Positions 42,813 to 58,054 of a stretch of 64,000 bases of DNA are shown here, in pieces. This stretch comes from Chrysomallon squamiferum (Eukaryota; Animalia; Mollusca), in contig CM022665.1 of assembly GCA_012295275.1 (NCBI GenBank), positions 14,880,001 to 14,944,000 of the forward strand. The letters are read 5' to 3'. The translations under genes and the position numbers were made by a program. The notes under the pieces are model-generated. The model was not told where the DNA came from, made no database searches, and was given only the letters and a program-made list of their open reading frames with translations. The first letter of the stretch is position 1. Every line of letters begins with the position of its first letter.

Positions 42813-43988
42813 CAATGTTCCCAAGCAACTCAACCCGAAGCGCCGTGATGTCGACATTCGTAATGTTTTGTTAATAGCAGAAGCGATGCCCCTTAAGTCG
42901 TTGCTCTTTAAATTTTTATTTTTATTATTATTATTATTATTTTTATTTTTTATTTTTTTGAAACAAAAAATATAAGAAGCCAGAATCAATTTTATGGCTT
43001 ACAGGCCAGTGACAGGTGAAATGTTAGATGCAGATTGATTACAAAATTTATTTGAACGAATGCATGTAGTGATGTGAGGATTTTGACTCGAATATTATAA
43101 ATATACAAACAACAAAGAAACAAAGAAATAATAAATAAATAAAATAAAATAAAATAAAATAAAATAAAATAAAACAAACAAATATTACGTTAATAAATAA
43201 TACCTTGATTATTTTACCTTATCTATCTCTCTATTCTTTATTCCTTTGTTTCATTATTTCTTTGATGTTGTTTGTTAATAAATATATAGATGTTTAATCC
43301 TATTATTTATTTATTTTGAAAAACGACAGTAATTAAAAAAATTATATCAAAACATTTCTCATTTTGATAACAACTAACATACCTTGCTCTTTAAATTTTT
43401 TTTTTTAAAAACAAATGGAAGATATTAATGATGCCAATAATTTGTAATCATTATTATGCAATGATGATGATGATGATGACGATGACGATGAGGCCGATAA
43501 TGACGATGACGCTGATAACGATGGTGTTGATGATGATGATGGTAACAGTAGTAGCAACAAGAACAATGAAATTAAATTTTGTATGAAATGTGCATGTATT
43601 TGAACTAAAAGTATTTTTCCTAAAATACACTAAATTTACCGTTAATCCTACCCCCAAAGCTATACTTCTTTAATAAATACTTCCGTGTCTGTCTTAATAT
43701 TTTGATTACGGTTCAGAATAACTGGGGTAAACAGCGATGTTTTATTGCAGCCATGTTTTTTTAATTTTTTACACACACATAACCATATGTACATATAGAC
43801 AAAAATATACATACCTACATACACACACACATGTACATACACACATACGCACGTACGCACGCACACGTACTACCATATTATCCAAGCAGTTTCGTGATCT
43901 AATTATTATGAGATTGTTAAACTTACTCTAAGTCTTATTTCAATAATTATGTTCTCCTCTATCTGCAATGGCTAGGGTTCACAGAACA

Positions 43989-44020
<32 letters not shown>

Positions 44021-44351
44021 AAAGAAAGAAAAAATAAATAGTTCTAAGAAAATAAAAAGAAATTTGTCGATTTATCTGTAATTTCTTTTCTTTCTTTTTT
44101 GTTGCAGTTTGAATATCGAAACTGTTGCGGACATAATGTCTAGTGGTATTTGAAAAAAAGAAATCTTAAGTTGTTTTGTAAATAGAAAATTGTCTCCGGT
44201 CACTGAACTTATTGGTCGTTTCAGTTAGACTAATTTACCTTTTCATTCCTTTCTTGTTATTAAGAAAAAATATAAATAATAATAATGATGTGAGTTTTTA
44301 AGACATGAACAAAGAAAGTAAGCCTATTTACAGTTTGTGACATATGTTGCT

Positions 44352-44395
<44 letters not shown>

Positions 44396-44713
44396 ACAAT
44401 CATGTATTATTAATAGTAACATTAAAGGGAGCATTTTTATATAAATGTTTTAGAAAATAAGAAGAAGAAGAAGAAGAAGACAGTAATAATCTATAGTCAG
44501 AGAAATAACAAACTGTTTTCAAATTACGCTAAATCAGTATGTAATCTCTTTTTCGTTATCTCTCTCTGTTTCTTTCTCTCTGTGCTATAAACAGTCATGC
44601 ATAATGTGTATTTGTGTGCGTATGTAGATGGACGGCTAGAATGACAAATATATTATTATGCGCGAGTTGCTCTGTGTAATTTGTTTGTGAAGTACGAGTG
44701 GGTTCACCTCTGT

Positions 44714-44788
<75 letters not shown>

Positions 44789-45232
44789 CACGCATTAATC
44801 TAAGGAACCTGGAATTCATTTTGTAACACTCACATTTCATGCACCTTCACAATAATACTGTAACTAACACTTGCAATGACAACGAAATTTGATAACGTAT
44901 TTTACATCGGGCAGGGATAACGAAAATAAATTACACATGACTCGCTGTCCTAGGCAGTCCGTACTGGATCATACGAGTAAACTTTTAAATCCAGGGTCCT
45001 TCACAACGCCGGACCGGATGATATTGCATTATATTGGAAAAGCGGCCTGTTTGAGGTAGATAATGCTAATATTGACCCTCTTTCTTTGTTGACAGCTTTT
45101 GAAGAAAAGTACCCGTGTTTTGTACTTACTGACTTTCAGGTCACGAACTGTTAAATTTATCCAAATAAAAACATGGAAGTTGACTTCCGTCCGTCGTTTT
45201 AGCTCAAGTATTTGTTGAATAGATTCACCATT

Positions 45233-45275
<43 letters not shown>

Positions 45276-45496
45276 TAATACAAATTTTAAAAATGTGAAA
45301 AATAAAAAGAGAAAAGAGAAAAGAATAACTTCTCTGGCGAATGTATTTTGTAGTATTTTTTTGGAAGATATTTTTATTCCCAGTGTTACTGATCAAATGT
45401 TACTACAGTCAAATACACCATTCTTTCATAGCTACAGAATTTTTGACAGTTAAGGGATATGAAAAAAAAAAAATAATAATAATAATAATAATAATA

Positions 45497-45528
<32 letters not shown>

Positions 45529-47479
45529 GTAAATTAATGTCTTCCAAATTAAAAACAGTTCATTAACTTTGAACTTTATCCAGCTAAACAGTCTATAAAA
45601 AACAACACAAAAACAAATAAACAACAACAGCTGCAACAACAACAACAATAATAATAATGATAATTTCGTAAACTATAATAATAATAATAATAATTATTAT
45701 TATTATTATTATTATTATTATAAATAGTATATACATTTTTTTTTTTAAATAATAATAGTACTAATAAAATAAACTTAAAATATAGAAAAGAAGAAAGGTG
45801 GGAAAAAAGTAAGAGAAAAAAGAAAAAAGGCGCGTACACAGACATTTTCACACTTAATTTTATTTAGCTGTTACGCAAGACTCCCACTCTTAGGTTAGTG
45901 TTACGGCAAATCTAATTACATTTCACGAATGTAAACCAGTCTTTCCGCAGCAGACCCGAGTTAAGTGCAATATACATTATTATACTGATTCGCGAGTGTT
46001 GTACAACGGTGGTTACGTTGAACAGATATAAATGTTTACGAAATGTCGCCATTCAGCTTTTCTAAACTGAGTTTAATTAAGCTGCAGCATCATACTTGTC
46101 GATTAAATTAGGACTCAGACAGTTCCATCAAGTAACAACTAAAGTGTTGGTATGTTGTCATGGTGATGTAATTACTGGTTTGCTACCGTGAATTAAGATG
46201 GATGTTGTGTATTATGAACTAAACATACTGTGGGAACATAATAGGTCTATCAGCAAATTTCTTTGTATACTGTGACCTAAAAACAAAGTCTACTCAGTAA
46301 TTATATAAAACAAGCAAAACAAATAAGTCAATTCAACGTTTTTAAAATGTAAAAAGGTAATTCTGAAAAATAGTTCATGTGGACAAAAAACAAGTTTATT
46401 TATTTCACTTTGTTTTATTAATTGTATTTACTGTTATTTTATATATACTGCATAACGTCAGTAAATGTGTATTTTGTTCATGTATGTGTGTGAGACAGAG
46501 AGAAAGAGAGAAAAAGAGAGAGGGAAAGAGAAAGAATATACGTTAGCATAATAATGGTCGTTACTGCCATTTGTTACTGTCGTCGTCGTCATCATCATAC
46601 ATTTTTATAGTTAAGTTTATGACTTCCTTAAAACCATAAATATATTATTTATTTTAAACCATTGTCATTTATTTTTATACCAACCGTAAGATGTGTGTTG
46701 TGACACTTTACAAATCTTCTTTCTCTCTTTCTTTTTCTGTTCATATCTCTCTCTCTCTTTCTCTGTGTACGTGTGTGTGTATGTGTGTGTGTGTGCATGT
46801 GTGTGTGTGTGGGGGAGGGGGTGTCAGAGAAAAGGCTAGAGAGAGACAGACAACACAGGCACAAGAAAGAGACAAAGACAAAGCAAAGAGTCGAATAGTT
46901 TCGTTTCATCTATGACCTTCATTGAACAAGATGCTTGCAGTGTGAAGCAACACAAGGAATTTTTTTTTATTATTTACTTCTTTCTGTCAAGCTGCGTGAC
47001 TGATTAGCGAAACGTGTCACCACAGAACGCCCGTCGTATCCCACTGTGCCAGGGATCGACAGGTAATCGCGGTCGTTGGTCTTGTTTGACCGATGGTCAA
47101 GTGATCCGGGAAGTCTACGATCGGTCATCGGCATATACCATAGCATCGTTTTGCCGTATCGCCTTGGCTACTCGTTACAAAATTCTTCAGCCATCCCTTG
47201 CTTGAACACATTAACCAAAAAGTGAAGTCAGTTAAAGTTTGACTGTACGTATGTAACAAAGTTAATGATCTGTAATGTAATATGGAATTAATATACCTGT
47301 AATGCTTGAAATACACGTTTGTAGATTGTAATTGTGTTACAAGCTCTAAAAATCGGTATTCTCATATTTAAGTTACGGCAAGAAAACACTTTAAAACAGT
47401 ATTTTTTTTTCATGTATGGTACAGTTTTAATAATCAAATAATTAGAAACAACACGGTAGTATTATTCATATATTTATTA

Positions 47480-47604
<125 letters not shown>

Positions 47605-49221
47605 TACGGTTTGCTTTGCATATATTGCTAAATATATAAAATAATGATGATGCATTTACAAATGCTTACTTTCAGTTTGATAATATTTCTGATCAAAAAA
47701 CTAATGAAGGTGCCATTATATTAAAAGCGTATAAATTATGATTACAGGTGTTTATTATTGTTATTATTTTTATTATTATCATTGTCGTCATCATCATGAT
47801 CATCACCGTCATCATTCATTACGTTCTGTGTTCAACAGCCACTTAAACTGCCTGCCAACACACACAATTGCTTATGAAAAGACATGACAAGTTGTTGTTC
47901 TTGTTTTTTTAACCTTCTTTCGGAAAGTGCTTATAACAAAACAAAATTTACAAAATTTAAATTGTTGCAGATTTTCTATAAAACTAAAATATGTCAGCAA
48001 CAAGTCTGAGAGAGTGAATTAATCAGCATGTTCAGATCGAAATTTTACACGACATGAAGTGAATTTTATTTCAAGCATGCGAAGGGTGCAACGTATAAAA
48101 AAACATATTTTAAATTATTCGTCTTCTTACTGAAAAGAGAGGACAAACTACAATCGAATAATATATCAGTTAAACATCATTCAATGCATTTTATTTTAAT
48201 ACATTTTAATGTTAATAATCTTTTATTAGGAGTATTCAAAAATCGTCAAAACACATCACATTATCAGCTTTATCGTGGATAATACAGAGATTCGAACTCG
48301 CATTATACCAGACGACGACATTTAACATAACTTTAAAAACAAAATTTTTTGGGGGGGGGTTCTTTTCTTCTTTTTTTTATAAAAAAAATTGTTCCGACGT
48401 AATATCCATGACTTCTTGGCATGTTTCGTGATCTGTCGACTGGTGGTCAGTTTCGAACCCGCATACCTGGATACCAGAACACGGATTAATAATGTAATAC
48501 TTTTTCGAAATTGACACCAAGCAGCGTCAAATGTGGTCACTTAGAATGACATGTCCAGCTCCTCGAGTGACCAGACTGGGTCATCAGCCGGCCTAATTCG
48601 GAATATTTCCCTGTTGTATGGTCAACTACCGGTCATAATGGATTACGATCATGCTGGACCGTCCAAGAGTGCTAAGTATCTGTGATTGATGACTTGACGA
48701 AAGCAAGATTATGCAGATAGTGAGATGGTTTATTAATTTCTCATATCAGCTTATGTATGTATGTATGTATGTATGTATGTGCTTGTATGTATGTATGTGT
48801 GTGTGCGTGTGTGTCTGTGTGTGCGTCTATTTACATCTACACACATAACAAACAGTATTTCCACAGACAGTAATATTGTACAGTTAATTATTTAATTATC
48901 TTTTAATGCAGCAGAGATTGGTTAGAACTTACATGCTTATAAATGTTTAGTACTGGAAGTCCTGCTGTATAGTACAATATTAAATGATATTATATCTTGA
49001 AAATCGTTAGAAAACGAACTTGATGATGCACTATTAAATGATAATTGCTACTAAGGTTATGTCGTCGAAAATTATGTGGATGTAATTTCTGGTCAAGTTG
49101 GTTCACATACATTCAAGAAAGATAGTGCCAGAATAAAGCAAACGGGAGACTCTGCGTTAGAAGATGTTCATGTCCAAATCTAATAACAAAATTCCCATGA
49201 GAAACAAAACCTCATTCTCAT

Positions 49222-49261
<40 letters not shown>

Positions 49262-49574
49262 CTACTTAATAATCATTGCTGAAATTTTAGCATTGATAAA
49301 AATATTTCGTTATAAATTAATTACTATTAATAAATATACAAATGTGTGGAATAATTAGATGATGACACAGAAGATGTACAGCTGTGTTTCAGTATTACGC
49401 TAAATACAAAGTCAGAACAGGGATTTTTTTTAGTTTGGTTTCTGGATGCAAAACTGATCGTTTACAAATGAAATAAAATTAATGGTAAATTTAAAAAAAG
49501 AAATTATGATGCCTGTGTTTATTTATTGATTTTCAATCATTCATTCATTTATCTTATTGATGTTTATTTTATTA

Positions 49575-49678
<104 letters not shown>

Positions 49679-50603
49679 TAACATATCAACGGCATGCTGC
49701 ATTTACCATTTTCTACGGCAACACATATGAGAGTATGACATATTGTGACACATAATGTCTTCCGTAAGAGCTGCTTTTCAGACATTCAAAGCAACAAAAT
49801 ATATATAATAATAATTGACTTGACAAATAATCTTTCTGATTTCTAAAACAACCTTGAAATCTCGAGGCAGAATTTTTTTTTATAGCGTCGCTGGCGGTTA
49901 TTTAGTACAGATAAAAAAAAAAATCGTTAAAATTATTTTAATATCAAAAAGAAATTTCTTTGGTGAATCCTAACAAATTTTCCCATTACTGTCTTGATTG
50001 TTTTAAATATGTCCAAGAGGTAATTGAAGTTTCAAGGCAAGACAGTTACTAGTTATCTAAATTCAGAGGACAACATTTAAAAAATAATAATAATCAAAAA
50101 TGAAAATGTAGTGAAAAGAATAATGTCTTTGTCACTAAGCACGATCACAGACAAACAGATATATATATATATATACATACACACATATACTTCAGTAGGT
50201 ATTTTCGTTCATTCAGTAGGAAACGGTTAACACGCTAACATCCGTAGCATGAAAATGAATAGGATGTTCTTCGAAGACTAGACAGAATTAACTAATGTTA
50301 TTTAATTTTCTGTAGTCAAAACATACAGTGTTAATACAAACATTTTTTCTTCTTCTTCTTTGCTGAAGACAATTATTAGCACAGATGAGATAGTACGTAC
50401 TTCTATGACTCAAGGGGAACACTTACATATATACATACCTACACACGTACGCATACATGTACACACGCATACACGCATACTATACATACAGACAAACAAA
50501 CATGCATACATGCAAACATACATATATACATACAAACATACATACACACACACATACATACATATACACACACATACATACATACACACACACATACATA
50601 CAC

Positions 50604-50636
<33 letters not shown>

Positions 50637-50699
50637 TACATACATACACACACACACACATGCACACAGATAGACATACAAATGCATAGATAAAGACAT

Positions 50700-51346
<647 letters not shown>

Positions 51347-51369
51347 TATGTATGTGTATGTGTTTATTA

Positions 51370-51408
<39 letters not shown>

Positions 51409-51678
51409 GTTATATATGAATTATATATACAGACACACATACATTCGAACTGCACGCGCACGCTCGCACATACACACACACACATATATCTATTAACGAT
51501 GGCATTTACATATTTTTGTTTCTTGTTACAATGTTTTTATATTTTAATTGATTATTTGGTTATCATTTATATGAATGAACAAATGCATACACAGTGCTTT
51601 GTGGAGTCCACACTTTTTCAGTAATTACTTCGTATTGAGATTGTGAAACAAACACTTGTTATTATCAACGATTTTATC

Positions 51679-51750
51679 GGCTCGTTGGTCTAGGGGTATG
51701 ATTCTCGCTTCGGGTGCGAGAGGTCCCGGGTTCGAATCCCGGACGAGCCC
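51679..51750 (+). tRNA. tRNA-Pro(CGG)
   Basis: 72 nt GGCTCGTTGGTCTAGGGGTATGATTCTCGCTTCGGGTGCGAGAGGTCCCGGGTTCGAATCCCGGACGAGCCC; intact acceptor stem, CTCGC/GCGAG anticodon stem, anticodon CGG, A and B boxes; TTTGTT follows directly and a long T run starts at ~51779. Confidence 0.97.
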
Positions 51751-52379
51751 TTTGTTGTATCTGATTCATTCTGCTGAGTTTTTTTTTATTGTTTTTTCAT
51801 CGTTTTTTTATTCCAGATTTACATCTTTAACAACAACAACAACAACAATAAGAAGAAGAAGAAAAATAGCATCAATTTTCTTTTAAACAAACTGAAAAAT
51901 ATAGTTACAAAATAATATAATTCAAATTATTCTTTATAAAGAGAAGAATAAGAAATACGTAAAATATAACTTTCATAACGGTTCATAATATACATTGATA
52001 TGAATAATGTTATAGCGATATTTCAGCTGAATTCTGTGTTCAAAGCTCTTATAGATCTTTATTTCTGTACATTATTATTATTGTTATTTTACTTTTATTT
52101 TTAAAGGCAAATTCTACTAGCTCAGTCTTTTAAGTATTTTTGTCAAATTGTGAACTTTTTTTTTTGTCTAACAGAAAAACGTAATTTATTATCATAATAT
52201 ATTATAATACTGAATTTGTATGTCTATTTAAATATTACTGAAGTTTAACGTGCATTTAAATCTAATTTTTATTTTTTTTTTTTTTTTTTTTTTCCCGCAG
52301 ACTTTAGCAGATGTTATCAGTTTTAACATTATTCAGTGGTTTTTAGTATAAAAGAAATTTATAAAGTGATATTCCTTGT

Positions 52380-52451
52380 AGACTCGTCCAGTATTTGAAC
52401 TTGAGACCTTTCGCTACTGAAGTAAATATTAAGTTCCTAAACCCACGAACC
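52380..52451 (-). pseudogene. Decayed tRNA-Pro pseudogene
   Basis: Ungapped 72-nt alignment to tRNA-Pro(CGG), 48/72 identical by hand count, mostly transitions; anticodon position reads CAG; stems disrupted. Confidence 0.75.
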
Positions 52452-52785
52452 AATGCGGTTACAAGAACGACAGCGCTAGTACTAACCTGAATCCGTGACA
52501 TAAAGCGAATATCTTTCTCTCTCCCATTTTTTTAATTTATTTATTTTTTTATGTATTTACGTGGTATAAATGTGTATTTATGTGTGCGTGTGCGTGTGTA
52601 GAGAAAGACAGACAGACAGATAGATAGATAGGTAAGCACGCAGGCAGGCAGACATATAAAAAGGTATTAAAAATGAATCTTATACCAATTACAATGGCCT
52701 TTTTTTTTATCATCATCATCATTATTATTACTGTTGTTGATGTTGTTATATATTTTATTTTATTTTATTTAGCAGTGTACATAAT

Positions 52786-52819
<34 letters not shown>

Positions 52820-53319
52820 TATACTTTGAGAAAAAAATTGTTTTTAATAATAATACACGTTATAGCATGGGGTTAAAAACTAGCCTCTGGCTGTGAAAAC
52901 GTAAGTCATGGTTTGATGTTTCCAGTCAGTCTTCACGTTTACGGTTTCAGCAAACAGACGTGCCAGAAGCTACATTTTTCTTTTATAAACCAGCACTTGC
53001 CAATTATTCCGGACACCGGCTGAGAAAATTCTATGATTTTGTACTATAAATGATCATGTCTACATTTTTTAACTTCAGCTTCTTCCATTTTCTTTTTTTT
53101 TTTTTTTTTTTTTTTCACTTTGTTTATACATGTACATGAACTTTTTCGAATTAAATTTGGCCGCGTTAAATTTGGTTACATGGAATGACATGTCCAAATA
53201 GATATATTTGTTGTTGTTGTTGTTGTTATTATTATAATTATTATTTTATGTTTATTTATTGTTGGATTCATTTATTTGATTTTTTTATATTTTTTTTATT
53301 TGTTTGTTTGGTTTTTTCT

Positions 53320-53352
<33 letters not shown>

Positions 53353-54313
53353 TATATATATATATATAGTAATAATTTCTTTAAAATAAATAAATACGTA
53401 TATCACCATCTACTAACTTTGCTTCTGACATCATCATTTCGAGAAATAATTAAGACGTCTGCAATTGATTGACGTCATGAAATAAGACCAAACACAGACT
53501 TGCAGTTTGGGTAGGCTAGAGAGTTTTACGTAGGTATTATATTTTTGAATTGAAGAAAATTTATGTACGTTTAAAATTTCATCACATAGTAAAACTATAA
53601 ACTGAAAGTTAAAAGCTCTGTTAGTCTATTTTCTGTGTAACAATATTTTAATTTCAGATAACATTCTTCGAAAAGGAGGGTTTCACGAAACGCTTTTGAT
53701 AACGAAATAGACTAAAAGGCGAGGGCGCATGTGTATGTGGAAGTCTGAAAATGAGAGAGTGATTATGTCGTTAATTAACAATATTCAAACGCTATAATGC
53801 ACGTTTAAAGGTTATTATGATTAAGAAAACTTCATATTTTCTTTTACAGTTTTATATTTAATTATTTTTAAACATCAGACATTCGGTATTTCGTGAACGT
53901 ATGAATATCGAAGAATAATTAAACTGCTAAATTTGCTTTAACCACAATCGTGCATTAAAAAGGTCAAGATCGAAGTTTAATTTTTAAAACTTGACCTCTA
54001 GGACTCTATAATTTTATATGTGTGTGTATGGGGATGGGTGTAGTGTGTCAGTATATGTTAAATAATAAGATGTTAAATATGAAATAAAAATAAAAATAAA
54101 CAAATATACAAGTCTATTAAAAAATATAGATATCGTATGAAGATTCTAATTTCTTTATAAACATAAATCGGAAATATATTAGATAAAATCTTATTATGAA
54201 TTATAAAATAAATAGTGATAACCATTCCTGATTTAAATTGCTTCGGATATTTACTGTTTAACATAAAAAAAAAAAAAATCTATGAAAATTATAATTTTGA
54301 ATTTAATGCATTA

Positions 54314-54465
54314 CAAGTTCCTATGACAACAAGTTAAAGTAAATTAAAGTTGTGAAACTCTTTATGTAACTCCACTACGAATTACTTTTGACATTTTAGC
54401 ATGATACCTTATTAAATTCTAATGTGGTGGTAGGTGAATGGGGAAAAGATGGGGAAACAGAAAGA

Positions 54466-54496
<31 letters not shown>

Positions 54497-54586
54497 TAAA
54501 AAATTGATAAATTGATATGTATAAAGGTTTCGTGAAAATTCATCGAAAAGTAAAAACAATAATAATAATAATAATAATATAATAAA

Positions 54587-54638
<52 letters not shown>

Positions 54639-55382
54639 ACAACAACGACGATGATGTTATCTCACAAGGACAACTTTCAGAATATTTAGAAATAGTAGTC
54701 TGATAACGACTGGTTCCCATTTCTGTTACGCCTGTTTTGAAATAATTGTAATAATTATAATAATTAATCCACCAGTACTTGTCTACTTACGAGGAAATGG
54801 CGGGAATTGCTGGGAACGAGTTGTGTTTATCTAATAAGCATAAATTTAAATTAAACTAAATCGGTAAATAAATTATTATGGGATTTTTTTATTTTTTATT
54901 TTTTATTTTTTTTTGTTCTTCTTGTTTTTTATTTACAGAATTTATGTCACATTTAGCACTGAAATTTTAAATGTTTTCCAAATTTGATAAACATAAAAAC
55001 AAAGTAAGGATGCAGATAATTTCTTCCGACAGAGTAATACAGAAGCATTTTTAGTTCATACATACATACATAAGTACACACATGCATACATACATATACA
55101 CACATCCGTACATCCATACATACACGCATACACACGTATACACATACATGCACACATATATATACATACATACATATCAATTTATCAATTTATCTTTTTT
55201 ATCGCTTTCTCTGTCTCAAATCTTTTGAGATTACTTGTGCAGAATCATCTTTCCCCCACCCACCTACCAACACATTGGAATTTAATAAGGTATCATGCTA
55301 AAATGTCTAAAGTAATTCGTAGTGAAGTTATAGAAAGGTTTCACAACATTAATTTACTTTAACTTGTTGCCATAGGAACGTG
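54314..55382. mobile_element. Non-autonomous DNA transposon/MITE with ~138-bp terminal inverted repeats and TA flanks (Tc1/mariner-like)
   Basis: 54314-54451 (CAAGTTCCTATGACAACAAGTTAAAGTAAATTAA...GGGAAAAGATG) is the reverse complement of 55246-55382 (CATCTTTCCCCC...TTAATTTACTTTAACTTGTTGCCATAGGAACGTG) at high identity; TA on both sides; no internal transposase ORF. Confidence 0.85.
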
Positions 55383-56778
55383 TAAAAATACATTATCAAA
55401 GTAGATTACGAACACTGATTTGGCATTTATATAATGGAAAACACAAGGAATTTATTAAAAGTTAATTTTATAAGAGAATATTCAGTTTATGAAACTGACA
55501 GTCACACTAAGAAAATATTTAATAAATTATTATGCATAACATAAGACAATAAGGATTATGATAAGAGATTAAGGATTAATCTATATGCGTTAGAGTTTTT
55601 TCCGAATTTGTCGGCATATTGCAGGCAATAATATGTCCTTTTCTGCTCGAAAGTTAAAAAGAAATAAATTTACTTTCATTAAAATTTATTATCTAAGACA
55701 GGCGAAATGCATATGGTATTAAACTTGTTAATATAGGTTTTTAAACAAATTACTAATAGTTTATTAGCGCAACCTTTTTGTCGCTGCCATGTTTGTGACA
55801 TTTTATAGTCTCGTTAAACTCAGTTCATAATGAGGTATCAAGCTTGACTGGTATTTTCCAATCGCTCATTTTTATTTAGTTTAATTTTTTTTGTTCTCTT
55901 TTTATTTCTCTTTGTCTTGTACTGTCCATAATATACCCTGGTGTGTTTATATGTGTTTGATAATTAGACAAAGGTGACATGCTAAAACAAATTCGATAAT
56001 ATTTTTTTTTTTTTTTTTTTTTTTTTTTCAGTTCCAATTGGTCTGTATTGTCGCCACGACTCCTACGAGAATTAGAATTTATGTAGAGTTGATGACTCCT
56101 TTGAGATAGGCACTGTATTTTATTACTACACTGAGGTGCGAAAGAGCCGAGAATATTCTGGGAAATGAAGGCAGTAAATGATGGTAAAGTATAGAAAAAG
56201 TCCAATTAAAAAAAAAAAAAAAAAAAAAAAAAATGGAGGAGGAGGATAAGAGCGTATTAGAACGTTCTGGAATCTGTGTATAAATTATGTTGTTTTTGTT
56301 TGTTTTTCTTCTTCTTCTTCTTATTTATTTTTTATTTTTTATTTTTTTGTTAGTTCTATTATGTTTGTTTTTTTTGTTTTTTTTCAAATCAAACAGTTTA
56401 TTCTTTCTTTTATTGTGAATTTATTATCATCCATCATCATCATCATCATCATCATCATTATTATTATTATTATTATTATCTATCATTTATTGTTGCTCTG
56501 GGAATGTCAAATGTGTATAATTTGATAAAAATGAATAATATCAGTAGCAAATATTTCAGAATGTCTTTAAATTAGAAATTTAAAATAGAAGAAATGTGAT
56601 TTAAAGCCTTTTTCTTTTTTGAACAGAGGTTACTATGATAACAACACCTAATAAGGATATATTAAAAGCAGTTTAAAATATACAACAAATGTAATATATA
56701 TGTTTCTATATTTAATTAGCTTTATCTTGTTCAAGCACGGAACAGTTAATTTCCTTTGAAGTCAACCACATGGAATAA

Positions 56779-56829
<51 letters not shown>

Positions 56830-56832
56830 GTT

Positions 56833-56889
<57 letters not shown>

Positions 56890-57413
56890 ATTTATACTGA
56901 AATGAAAAATATATTCCATTCTATTATAATTATCGCCCTAAGTCCAAGCGTAAAATTTAAAATGAAATATCGTATTTTACTTTATTTTCTCATAATGAAT
57001 AAATAAAATATTAGATAAATAAATAAATAAATTTAAAACGTCCTTGCGTTTTAACGGATGATATCGATCAAATTCTGCATAAACATTTTTTTTTTTTTAA
57101 TGCTGTAAATAGTACAACCACGCGGACTGATACATATAGTCTCCATATTTATATTAAACGATCTATGCTGATGAAACTTTCAGTACATTTTATAGTTACA
57201 GTAGGCGTAGACGCGTTCTGTTGATTTCCCATGCGACTTTTACGAGGTTGCGCCGATTTTTAGAATTAGCTGACGTCTTTTTCATAAAAACTATTTTTAG
57301 ATCTCTACCGTTGAGCTTCCCAGATGTTCAGTATAGTCAGGCTTCGTAATGTGTTAAATATTCACTCATCTTCAAAACATTTGAAAATATTATTATTATC
57401 ATCATCATCATCA

Positions 57414-57457
<44 letters not shown>

Positions 57458-57817
57458 TTTTTTTTTTGTTTGTTTTTTTATATATTTTTTTTATTACTAT
57501 TATTTTATTTATTTATTTATTTATTTAATGGTTTGTCTATCACGAAATATATTATGTCTGTCTTATGATTTTAACACTTAGAAAATAGAAGTCGAATAGA
57601 ACTGATAGACGAATCAATAAAATACTTTGTTCCTTCCGAGTCTGCTGTAGCGATATCAACTGAATTGAGGTTAATCAGAAGAAATGTCTTTTGAATTACA
57701 TCTGTAAAGCCATAGACAGAATTAGACCTGTTTGAGTTGGTGAGTCATTTCAAAGTATTTGTAAAAAATAAATAAGTAAAATTTTACAAAATCTGAAAAC
57801 CCACCCAAACAACAACA

Positions 57818-57924
<107 letters not shown>

Positions 57925-57947
57925 ATATGTAAATTTATATAAATGTC

Positions 57948-58054
57948 GTAAGATACGAGATTTTGTCTGCGAAAGTTAGAATGCCGAATGCAGCGAGGCT
58001 CTGTCGAGTTGCATTTGCCGTTCGACCTGAGCAGGATAAAACTGATATCTTTAC
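57948..58054. mobile_element. Imperfect palindromic (foldback) MITE relic
   Basis: Left arm AGATACGAGATTTTGTCTGCGAAAGTTAGAATGCCGAATGCAGC pairs imperfectly with right arm GTTGCATTTGCCGTTCGACCTGAGCAGGATAAAACTGATATCT; resembles a recalled mollusc hairpin repeat. Confidence 0.5.

Noticed and set aside
48980-49185. Coding-looking frame (SLENELDDALL...*GYVVENYVDV...)
   Set aside because: Internal stop and no recognisable family.
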